NCBI GenBank assembly: GCA_015067825.1
Contig: SVLQ01000010.1
Coordinates: 32,750-96,749 of the forward strand
Length of the DNA stretch: 64,000 bases
Direction: 5' to 3'
Origin: Oscillospiraceae bacterium
GTDB taxonomy: Bacteria; Bacillota; Clostridia; Oscillospirales; QAMX01
The notes beneath the pieces are model-generated. The model did no database searches. It was not told where the DNA came from and worked only from the letters and a program-made list of their open reading frames with translations. Position numbers and translations under genes: made by a program. This document shows, piece by piece, positions 19,413 to 27,367 of this stretch (positions are counted from its first letter, which is position 1; each line of letters begins with the position of its first letter).

Positions 19413-20843
19413 TCATTCTTTGGTCTGCGCCGCAAAGCGCAGGGAAAATAAATCGCATTCTTCCATTGTAAAGCGGATGGTCACGGGTTTGCCCGCAAAC
19501 GCGGACAAATCCCCGTCGAAATCGACAACGCGCTCCACGCTGTCGCCAAACAGCTCGCCGCTTTCCAGTCGGTTGCCCTCGGCGTCTTCGATTGTCACGA
19601 ACAAACTGCCGCGCGCAGAGGTGGCAAAATTGAGCACAAGCTCGCCGCCCGCGAAAACGAGCGGCTTCGTCACGGCAACTTTGGGGCTGCTGCCCACGGA
19701 AAGTCCGGCAAATCCGTCGATACGGTTCGTATAGCGGTAGAGTTCGGTCGGTATGCCCTGCCAGTGGTTTTCGAAAACGAACATCGAAAGCTCGCTAGCT
19801 GCGCCGCGGTCAGCCGACGGTGTTTCGAGCATGCCGTAGGCGGGATAACAATCGCCGTAGACCCAGTTGCGGCCGTTTTCTGCACCGGGGCGCAGGAACG
19901 CATCCTGATAGCGCGTGAAATGTGCGCCGTCACGCGAGGTGATAAACACACAGTCCGTCAGCGCCAACCCATAACGCGCCGAAGCCTCCATGCGGCGCCG
20001 GCGCATCTCTTTGCCGCAAAGACGATCGTAATTTTTCGTCCACGCTTTGCGCTCAATGTAGCGCGAGGGAAACCCGATGTAAACGTGCGGTGCGCGGTAG
20101 TAGGGCGAGATCACATTGGTGTAGAGCGGCACGTCGAGCTCGTCGGAAAACGTGATCTGCCGGGAGGACGTCCAGTCGACGAAATCGGGTGAAGTCAGGC
20201 GGCGAATATCGCGCACACCGCTGCCGAATCCGCCGTCATGGAATCCGCGCACGTAAGCGACGTACTGCCGCTGTTCGGTGTCGTAGAACGCGGTATTGAG
20301 CGTGTCGTAATAATCTTCGTTTGAAATCATGGATCCGGGCGTAAAATGAATGCCGTCGGAACTCTCATAGGCGCGGAGATATGCACCGGAAGCACCGTGG
20401 TCGCCGGTGACCGCCTTGAATCGCGACTCGGGCGGGCAGTCCGGATTTTGATCGATAAAAACAAAGAAATTGTCAAACTTCTGCGTGTGTTCATCCAATA
20501 GAATGTTATTTTCTTTCGATCCGTTGAACTCGCAAAGGCCGAGGGAAGGTTTTTCCCAATGCAGGCCGTCCCGGCTCTCGGCGTAGCAAACGCGGATCTC
20601 GTGGCGGCTGGGAACGTACCCGTCTTCGGTGATCTTCCACGCCAGATAATACATCCGCCAAAGGCCGTTGTCGCAGAGGAAGTTGAAATAGTCGCAGCCG
20701 TCGCCTTCCCACGGCTCGCCAAACTCCATCACTTTTTCACGCTTGACCGGCGAAAACCGCCGCAGCTCGGCCGTTGTTTTTGCCGGATCAAGGATCGTAT
20801 CGTCCCACAGGGGTTCCAGACGCGTGCCGATATTGATTGCCAT
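19413..20843 (-). CDS. Putative glycoside hydrolase, beta-propeller (GH32/43/130-like) plus beta-sandwich
   Basis: WRMYY, YAESRDGLHWEKP and several SxDGxxF Asp-box-like motifs, RIDGF. Confidence 0.65.
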   Translation of the reverse strand: MAINIGTRLEPLWDDTILDPAKTTAELRRFSPVKREKVMEFGEPWEGDGCDYFNFLCDNGLWRMYYLAWKITEDGYVPSRHEIRVCYAESRDGLHWEKPSLGLCEFNGSKENNILLDEHTQKFDNFFVFIDQNPDCPPESRFKAVTGDHGASGAYLRAYESSDGIHFTPGSMISNEDYYDTLNTAFYDTEQRQYVAYVRGFHDGGFGSGVRDIRRLTSPDFVDWTSSRQITFSDELDVPLYTNVISPYYRAPHVYIGFPSRYIERKAWTKNYDRLCGKEMRRRRMEASARYGLALTDCVFITSRDGAHFTRYQDAFLRPGAENGRNWVYGDCYPAYGMLETPSADRGAASELSMFVFENHWQGIPTELYRYTNRIDGFAGLSVGSSPKVAVTKPLVFAGGELVLNFATSARGSLFVTIEDAEGNRLESGELFGDSVERVVDFDGDLSAFAGKPVTIRFTMEECDLFSLRFAAQTKE

Positions 20844-20855
20844 AGTAAATCCTCC

Positions 20856-22076
20856 TTACGGTTCCGTCGCCTCGTCGGTGCGGCCGGTCGTATCGTAGAG
20901 ACTAAAGGTATCACGCAAGGTCTTGCAGTAAACGCCGTCGGGCTCGACGATACCCGCAAAGAGCTCGCTCGCCCCTGAACTGTTGGCATAGGCGCGGCAA
21001 AGAGCGATTTTGCCCTCAAAGGTATCGAGGAAGTAGAGCTCCTGACCGTCGGCAAAGAAGCTTGGGCAAACGTAGCTGGTACCGTCGCCGCCGCAGATCA
21101 GCAGTGTTTTGCCGTTGGAATTGACAAAAATGCCGTAAGCGGTTGTGTCGGATTCGCCGAGGCTGTAGGCTGCAACGTCGCCGTCGGCGGAGATGGCGCA
21201 GCCAAGCATCGGTGCGTAGCCGCCGGACAGGTACGAATAGGTGCGGTCGGTCAGATCGAGCACAAAGAGACTTTCAAACAGATCCGAGCTCGAGCGGAAG
21301 GTCGGGGCGATCAGCGTATTGCCGTCGGCGGAGATCGAAAGCTCGCCGTTGGCCGTGATCTGCGGGATTCGTCCGGAAAAATCCGAAAGCGCGCCGTCCA
21401 TAACCGAGAAAAGCATCAAGCTGCGCGTTTCAGAGCTCGATTCCGTCACCGCAAGCACGCAGGTGCTACCGTCGGGCGTCCATGCCACGGGTTCGACTGC
21501 GGCGTTGCGCGCAAACATCGAAGCGGCGTATTCGTCGGGATCGCTTGCGCCCGGCACCGTCACGCAAATCGAAAGCAGCTGTGTGCGGCCGATGTCGTCG
21601 GCGCAAACCGTGTAGACCGCGCGGGAACGGTCGGGCGAGAACGAGACTGCGCCGATGTAGCCGGTTTCGGGCTGGGCGATCAGCGCGGTGCTTTCACCGC
21701 TGACAGGGTCAAACCGCGTCACCCCCTCCGTCAGCGAACGGAAAATTGCCGCCTCGCCGTCGGAACAAACATATTCGGCATTTTTTGCCGCCAGCAGCAC
21801 GCGTGAACCGTCCAGCGGTGCGCAGAACGAATCGCTGCCGCCGCGAAAATAGACGTATCCGCCCTCCGGTGAAAACACGGGCTCGGCCAGATATCTCCCT
21901 TGGTGGAGCAGGGTATGCGAGTCGTCGTCGAAACGGTAGAGCATCAGCCCGTCTTCGCCGATGTAGGCCGCCATGCAGCCGGCATCTCGCGGGAGTTCCT
22001 CGGCCGCACAGCCCGCAGTCAGTGCGAGCAGTACCGCTGCCAGAACGAGCAGCAGTCGAAATTTCTTACGGTTCAC
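20856..22076 (-). CDS. TolB-like beta-propeller lipoprotein
   Basis: TAGC lipobox; repeated FSPEG/FSPD/WTPDG/ISADG blades. Confidence 0.72.
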   Translation of the reverse strand: MNRKKFRLLLVLAAVLLALTAGCAAEELPRDAGCMAAYIGEDGLMLYRFDDDSHTLLHQGRYLAEPVFSPEGGYVYFRGGSDSFCAPLDGSRVLLAAKNAEYVCSDGEAAIFRSLTEGVTRFDPVSGESTALIAQPETGYIGAVSFSPDRSRAVYTVCADDIGRTQLLSICVTVPGASDPDEYAASMFARNAAVEPVAWTPDGSTCVLAVTESSSETRSLMLFSVMDGALSDFSGRIPQITANGELSISADGNTLIAPTFRSSSDLFESLFVLDLTDRTYSYLSGGYAPMLGCAISADGDVAAYSLGESDTTAYGIFVNSNGKTLLICGGDGTSYVCPSFFADGQELYFLDTFEGKIALCRAYANSSGASELFAGIVEPDGVYCKTLRDTFSLYDTTGRTDEATEP

Positions 22077-22112
22077 GGTGTTCCTTCCTTTTTATCCATC
22101 ATAATTCGTTGT

Positions 22113-23816
22113 TTATTCCCAGCGGTACATCGCCAGCATTTGCGGCGAAACGCCAATCTCAAAGACGGTCTCGCCGCCGCGAACGTAAAGTGGCGCGGTC
22201 CTTGCGCCCGTGCGCAGGTTCATAAGCACGCTCGCTTCGCCCTTGACGTGGAGCTTGGCGATCGAGCCGTGATCCAAAAACGACCGCAGCGCGACGGTCT
22301 GATCCTTGCGCGGGAAAAGCGCGATCTTCGTTTGGCCCTCGAGCCAGACGTTTAGGTCGGCTGAGAGATATTTCCGCAGATACGCCCACACGGGTGCGGG
22401 GATATCGTAGCAATCGGAATAGCTGTCGGGGATGTTCAGAACGTAGGCGCGTCCGGCGGCATAACGGCTGTAGGCGAGGAGGATATTCGGCGAAGCGTCC
22501 CGAAGCTGCATCGCGAGGAACGTGTTTTCGTTCGTGATCCAGTCGATCATCGGCAAATTGATCGGGTGCGAGGCGTGGTAATAGTCCGTCCGATCCGACC
22601 AGCCAACGTCGAACCCGCCGAACTCGCTGCCGAGCTGGCTACGGGCGGTGACGCGCATAGCCGTGCAGTCGGAAATGCCCTTGTCCTGCAAAATCGCCAG
22701 ACATCCCGACGTCATGCAAACGTTTCCGCCGCGCACAAGATGCGCCTTGATCTTTTCGACGAGGGTTTCATCCTTCGTCGACGCCGCCGTTAAGATCACC
22801 ATGCCGCTTTCCGGGAACAGCGCCACCGGATCGGCCGGCACGCCGCACATCCCGAGGAAGTCGAAGACGTGGTCTTCGCCGTTGGAATGGAACGGCAGAT
22901 AAACAGGGATGCCGGTTGCTTCGCCGAGTTGGGCGCGCGCCGCATCGAGTTTTTCCAGACGCACCCCAAGGGCGGCGATCGATTCGCTCTCGCGGCAGAG
23001 CGCCCAGCTGTACATCGTCAGTTCTTTCGCCTCGGCCAGCAGTGTCAGTTCGACCTGTTCCAAAAACAGATCAACGCTGTTGGCGCACATTGTGGAATCG
23101 AACCAGCCGCCGCGGTTATGATAGGGCGGCAGATGCTCAAGCCAGCGAATGAGCGAATAGGAGGTATAGCGCGGATTGCGGAAGAGGGAATAGGTCGTGT
23201 GGCGCGTTTCGGTGCCGGCGTAGATCTCGTCGAACATCGGCGGCTGGTGCTCGGTATCGTAGCCGAGCCATTGGAACGATTCGTGCCACGTCGGATATTT
23301 TAAGGTTAATTTGACGTTTGGATTGGCGGCTTTGGCCGGGGCAATCACGTGGTCGCGCGAAAACGCCGTCATCAGCTCGCGGCGGTATTCCTCCCACGTG
23401 CGGTCACCCTTGGCCTTGCGGCAGACTTCGCAGGTACAGTCGGTGACAAAATAGTCGTCGAGGATGATCTCGTCGAATTCGCGCGCGACAAAGGCCATCA
23501 TATCGTCAAACATGGCGATCACACGCGGATCGGCGTAGCACATGCCCTTGGCCGTGGGCGAAAATTCCTTACATACCGGCATGATGCCCGTGGCGACCTC
23601 GATCCCGCGGGCTTGGAAGAAATCGCGCGCGGCGAGGAGAAGCTTGCGGTCGGTCTGCTTGCCGCGGAAGCACTCGACGTAAATTTTCGTCAAGCGCAGA
23701 TGCTTTTCGAGGAAGGCGAGCTCTTTTTCCGCCGCACCCGGCGTTTGGAACACGCGCTCCACATCCTGCGTGGTCATGTAAACAGACATGGCGTAGCTTT
23801 TGTAGGTTCGTTCCAT
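22113..23816 (-). CDS. Uncharacterised TIM-barrel/GH-like protein, copy 2
   Basis: 567 aa; EIILDD, CxCxxC and GTETR motifs; GGAGG RBS. Confidence 0.6.
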   Translation of the reverse strand: MERTYKSYAMSVYMTTQDVERVFQTPGAAEKELAFLEKHLRLTKIYVECFRGKQTDRKLLLAARDFFQARGIEVATGIMPVCKEFSPTAKGMCYADPRVIAMFDDMMAFVAREFDEIILDDYFVTDCTCEVCRKAKGDRTWEEYRRELMTAFSRDHVIAPAKAANPNVKLTLKYPTWHESFQWLGYDTEHQPPMFDEIYAGTETRHTTYSLFRNPRYTSYSLIRWLEHLPPYHNRGGWFDSTMCANSVDLFLEQVELTLLAEAKELTMYSWALCRESESIAALGVRLEKLDAARAQLGEATGIPVYLPFHSNGEDHVFDFLGMCGVPADPVALFPESGMVILTAASTKDETLVEKIKAHLVRGGNVCMTSGCLAILQDKGISDCTAMRVTARSQLGSEFGGFDVGWSDRTDYYHASHPINLPMIDWITNENTFLAMQLRDASPNILLAYSRYAAGRAYVLNIPDSYSDCYDIPAPVWAYLRKYLSADLNVWLEGQTKIALFPRKDQTVALRSFLDHGSIAKLHVKGEASVLMNLRTGARTAPLYVRGGETVFEIGVSPQMLAMYRWE

Positions 23817-23837
23817 TTCGGTCGCCTCCGTTTCGGT

Positions 23838-25541
23838 TTATTCCCAGCGGTACATTGCCAGCATTTGCGGCGAAACGCCGATCTCAAAGACGGTCTCGCC
23901 GCCGCGAACGTAGAGCGGCGCGGTCCTTGCGCCCGTGCGCAGGTTCGTAAGCGCACTCGCCTCGCCCTTGACGTGGAGCTTGGCGATCGAGCCGTGATCC
24001 AAAAACGACCGCAGCGCGACGGTCTGATTCTTGCGCGGGAAAAGTGCGATCTTCGTCTGGCCCTCGAGCCAGACATTCAAGTCGGCGGAGAGATATTTCC
24101 GCAGATACGCCCACACGGGTGCGGGGATATCGTAGCAATCGGAATAACTGTCGGGGATGTTCAGAACGTAGGCGCGTCCGGCGGCATAGCGGCTATAGGC
24201 GAGGAGAATATTCGGCGAAGCGTCCCGGAGCTGCATCGCAAGGAACGTGTTTTCGTTCGTGATCCAGTCGATCATCGGCAGATTGATCGGGTGGGACGCG
24301 TGGTAATAGTCCGTCCGATCCGACCAGCCAACGTCGAACCCGCCAAACTCGCTGCCAAGCTGGCTGCGGGCGGTGACGCGCATGGCCGTGCAGTCGGAAA
24401 TGCCTTTATCCTGCAGGATCGCCAGACACCCCGATGTCATACAGACGTTCCCGCCGCGCACAAGATGTGCCTTGATCTTTTCGACGAGGGCTTCATCCTT
24501 CGTCGACGCCGCCGTTAAGATCACCATGCCGCTTTCCGGGAACAGCGCCACCGGATCGGTTGGCACACCGCACATCCCAAGGAAATCGAAGACGTGATCT
24601 TCGCCGTTGGAATGGAACGGCAGATAAACAGGGATGCCCGCAGGCTCGCCCAGAGCGGCCAAGGGCTTTGAGAGCTTTTCGAGTCGCACGCCGAGGGCGG
24701 CGTGGGATTCGCTGCCGATGCTCAAGCTCCAGTCAAAGAGCGTGACCTCGCGCGGGGCGGCCATCAGCGTAAGCTCGGCCTGTTCCATAAAGATATCCGC
24801 ACTGTTGGCGCAGAGGATCGAATCGAACCACGCGCCGCGCGTGTTGCGCGGCGGAAAGCTTTGGAGCAGACGCAACAGCGAATAGGAGGTATAGCGCGGA
24901 TTGCGGAAGAGCGAATACGTCGTGTGGCGCGTTTCGGTGCCGGCGTAGATCTCGTCGAACATCGGCGGCTGGTGCTCGGTGTCGTAGCCGAGCCATTGGA
25001 ACGATTCGTGCCACGTCGGATATTTTAAGGTTAATTTGACGTTTGGGTTGGCGGCCTTGGCCGGGGCGATCACGTGGTCGCGCGAGAACGCCGTCATCAG
25101 CTCGCGGCGGTATTCCTCCCATGTGCGGTCGCCCTTGGCTTTGCGGCAGACTTCGCAGGTGCAGTCGGTGGCAAAAAAGTCGTCGAGGATGATCTCGTCG
25201 AATTCGCGCGCGGCGAAAGCCATCATATCGTCGTACATTGCGGCGATTTTTGGGTCGGCGTAGCACATGCCCTGTCCCGTCGTCGCCAGTCTGGCCGAAA
25301 CGGGCATCATGCCGGTTGCAACCTCGATCCCGCGGGCTTGGAAGAAATCGCGCGCGGCGAGGAGTAACTTGCGGTCGGTCTCGCGTTCGCGGAAAAACTC
25401 GGCGTAAACTTTTGTCAGGCGCAGGTGCTTTTCGAGGAAGGCGAGCTCTTTTTCCGCGAGTCCGGGTTCGGAAAAAATGTGTTCCAGCGTGTGGGTGGTC
25501 AGATAAACCGACAATTCAAAGGTGTCGTAGCTCTGTTTCAT
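23838..25541 (-). CDS. Uncharacterised TIM-barrel/GH-like protein, copy 1
   Basis: ATG at 25541 after AAGGAGG gives the same 1704-bp length as the neighbour; extensive identity to it. Confidence 0.6.
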   Translation of the reverse strand: MKQSYDTFELSVYLTTHTLEHIFSEPGLAEKELAFLEKHLRLTKVYAEFFRERETDRKLLLAARDFFQARGIEVATGMMPVSARLATTGQGMCYADPKIAAMYDDMMAFAAREFDEIILDDFFATDCTCEVCRKAKGDRTWEEYRRELMTAFSRDHVIAPAKAANPNVKLTLKYPTWHESFQWLGYDTEHQPPMFDEIYAGTETRHTTYSLFRNPRYTSYSLLRLLQSFPPRNTRGAWFDSILCANSADIFMEQAELTLMAAPREVTLFDWSLSIGSESHAALGVRLEKLSKPLAALGEPAGIPVYLPFHSNGEDHVFDFLGMCGVPTDPVALFPESGMVILTAASTKDEALVEKIKAHLVRGGNVCMTSGCLAILQDKGISDCTAMRVTARSQLGSEFGGFDVGWSDRTDYYHASHPINLPMIDWITNENTFLAMQLRDASPNILLAYSRYAAGRAYVLNIPDSYSDCYDIPAPVWAYLRKYLSADLNVWLEGQTKIALFPRKNQTVALRSFLDHGSIAKLHVKGEASALTNLRTGARTAPLYVRGGETVFEIGVSPQMLAMYRWE

Positions 25542-25614
25542 CCGATCGTCCTCCTTGGCGCGCATTGCGGTTTTATGCACGGAAAATCTTCCGATTCGAC
25601 AGTTTTCCGATAGA

Positions 25615-25643
25615 ATAATAGCATAAGCACCCAAACTTGTCAA
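25615..25643 (-). promoter_or_regulatory. SigA promoter of the duplicated-gene operon
   Basis: TTGACA-17 bp-TATTAT with extended TG. Confidence 0.75.
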
Positions 25644-25723
25644 TCATTTTTTTGATTTCTTCGCCGTGTGCCGTACCCTTCACAAACTTTCTGTAAATTT
25701 TTGCGAATTGTCCAAAATAAGGC

Positions 25724-25752
25724 TTGAAAAAACAGCGGTTTTGATATAAAAT
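25724..25752 (+). promoter_or_regulatory. SigA promoter of the S11 gene
   Basis: TTGAAA-17 bp-TAAAAT. Confidence 0.65.
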
Positions 25753-25830
25753 ATAAGAGAGAAAGTTCTGCCCTTTTCTTGTGATCGTTTGGGGCAGTTC
25801 GTACCGACGGAAACAGGAGGAATGGGAAAT

Positions 25831-27270
25831 ATGAAAGGCAAACGATTCAGAAGCTTCACAGGGGTGCTGCTTGCGCTCTTACTGATGGTCACCATGTGTG
25901 TTCCCGTTCTGGCCGCACCGCCGGAAATGAACTCCGACTACTACATTTTGATGGACGTGGCCTCCGGCCAGGTTCTCGCCTCGAAAAACGCCGATTCGCA
26001 GCTGCCGCCGGCCGGCCTTGTCAAGATCCTGACGGGTTTGGTTGCCGCCGAAAACATGATCGACGACACCTCCAAGCTCACGGTCACTTCTTCCGCGCTG
26101 TCGCCGCTGGGTACGGGCGTGAAGAACATCGGCCTTGCCGCCGGTGAGATGATCACGATGGCCGACTGTATGAACGCGATGCTGATGGTCTCGGCCAACG
26201 ACGCCGCCAACGTCGTGGCGGAATCGGTCGGCACCACGCTGGAAAGCTTCATGACCATGCTTTCCAACCGCGCGATCGCGCTGGGCGCGACCTCGACCGT
26301 ACTCAAAAACCCCAACGGCCTCAATGCCGAGGGTCAGGTCAGCACGCCCCATGACCTCGCGCTGATTGCCCGCGCCGCGCTCTCCAACGAGACCTTCCTC
26401 AAATATTTCGGCAAAGTCAGCTACACGCTGGAACCCACCAACAACCGTGCGGAAGCCAAGGTCATGAACACGAGCTTCCTGATGCTCCGCGACGGCGACT
26501 ATTCCTATGAAGGCATCGTCGGCGGTATGGTCGGCTACACCAGTGCTTCGAAATACGTCACGATGGCCACCGCCGAGAAAGATGGCCGCCAGCTGATTGC
26601 CGTTGTCATGATGGCCGAAACCGAAGCCGAGCTCTACAGCGATGCGGCCGCTCTGCTCGACCACGGCTTCAACGATTTCACCAGTGCTTCCGTTCCCAAT
26701 AACCTCACGCTCTTTGTCGCGGATCTGGCTCAGGAAGGCGTGAAGATCGGCACGGTCGAATTCCGCCTCCGCGAGTCCGTCTCGCTCCTGCTCTCTGCTG
26801 ACTACGATACCACCAAGATTCTGGTCGTTCCCAACAGCGTACCTGCGGTCATCACCGCCGGCTCGTCGCAGGAATACACGGCCAATATCGTTTACCGCAC
26901 CAACCCCGAGGATCTGAGCCAGGATGTTCTGCTGATGGAAAATGTTGTGCTCGCCTCGTTCGAACAGATCGACACCTCGATCGTCCCGGGTGATCCGACT
27001 TCCTCCACCCCGCCTGCCACCAATGCGAGCGGCGAACCGATCGCCACCACGCCGGGCAGCGCCGGTGAAGACCCCGCCGACGAACCGAGCGAAGGCGGCG
27101 GCTTCTGGAAGGTCATCAAGGTCATCCTCAAGATCCTGCTCTATATCATCCTTGTTTTGGTGATCCTGATTGTCATCTTCATCGCCACGCTGTTCATCAT
27201 GCGCGAAGTCAAGCGCCGCAAACGCCGCAAGGCCCGTCAGGCGCGTATGCAGCAGCGCTACCACGACTAA
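25831..27270 (+). CDS. D-alanyl-D-alanine carboxypeptidase (peptidase S11) homologue, probably catalytically inactive, C-terminal membrane anchor
   Basis: Signal peptide, SANDAA, NPNGL, STPHDLA; SxxK reads GLVK and KTG reads MVG; TM helix plus basic tail. Confidence 0.85.
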   Translation: MKGKRFRSFTGVLLALLLMVTMCVPVLAAPPEMNSDYYILMDVASGQVLASKNADSQLPPAGLVKILTGLVAAENMIDDTSKLTVTSSALSPLGTGVKNIGLAAGEMITMADCMNAMLMVSANDAANVVAESVGTTLESFMTMLSNRAIALGATSTVLKNPNGLNAEGQVSTPHDLALIARAALSNETFLKYFGKVSYTLEPTNNRAEAKVMNTSFLMLRDGDYSYEGIVGGMVGYTSASKYVTMATAEKDGRQLIAVVMMAETEAELYSDAAALLDHGFNDFTSASVPNNLTLFVADLAQEGVKIGTVEFRLRESVSLLLSADYDTTKILVVPNSVPAVITAGSSQEYTANIVYRTNPEDLSQDVLLMENVVLASFEQIDTSIVPGDPTSSTPPATNASGEPIATTPGSAGEDPADEPSEGGGFWKVIKVILKILLYIILVLVILIVIFIATLFIMREVKRRKRRKARQARMQQRYHD

Positions 27271-27278
27271 AAGATTTC

Positions 27279-27317
27279 AAGCCACGGAAACGAGAGTTTC
27301 CGTGGCTTGTTTTTTTT
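27279..27317 (+). terminator. Intrinsic terminator
   Basis: aagccacggaaac-gaga-gtttccgtggctt plus T run. Confidence 0.88.
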
Positions 27318-27367
27318 AGCGCTTTATGGTATACTCAAAACAGAAATCCAAAAGGGGAGGGCTTGGG

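Larger units (their letters stand above)
22113..25541. repeat. Tandem gene duplication, period 1725 bp
   Basis: Near-identical nucleotide blocks beginning at 22113 and 23838. Confidence 0.95.
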
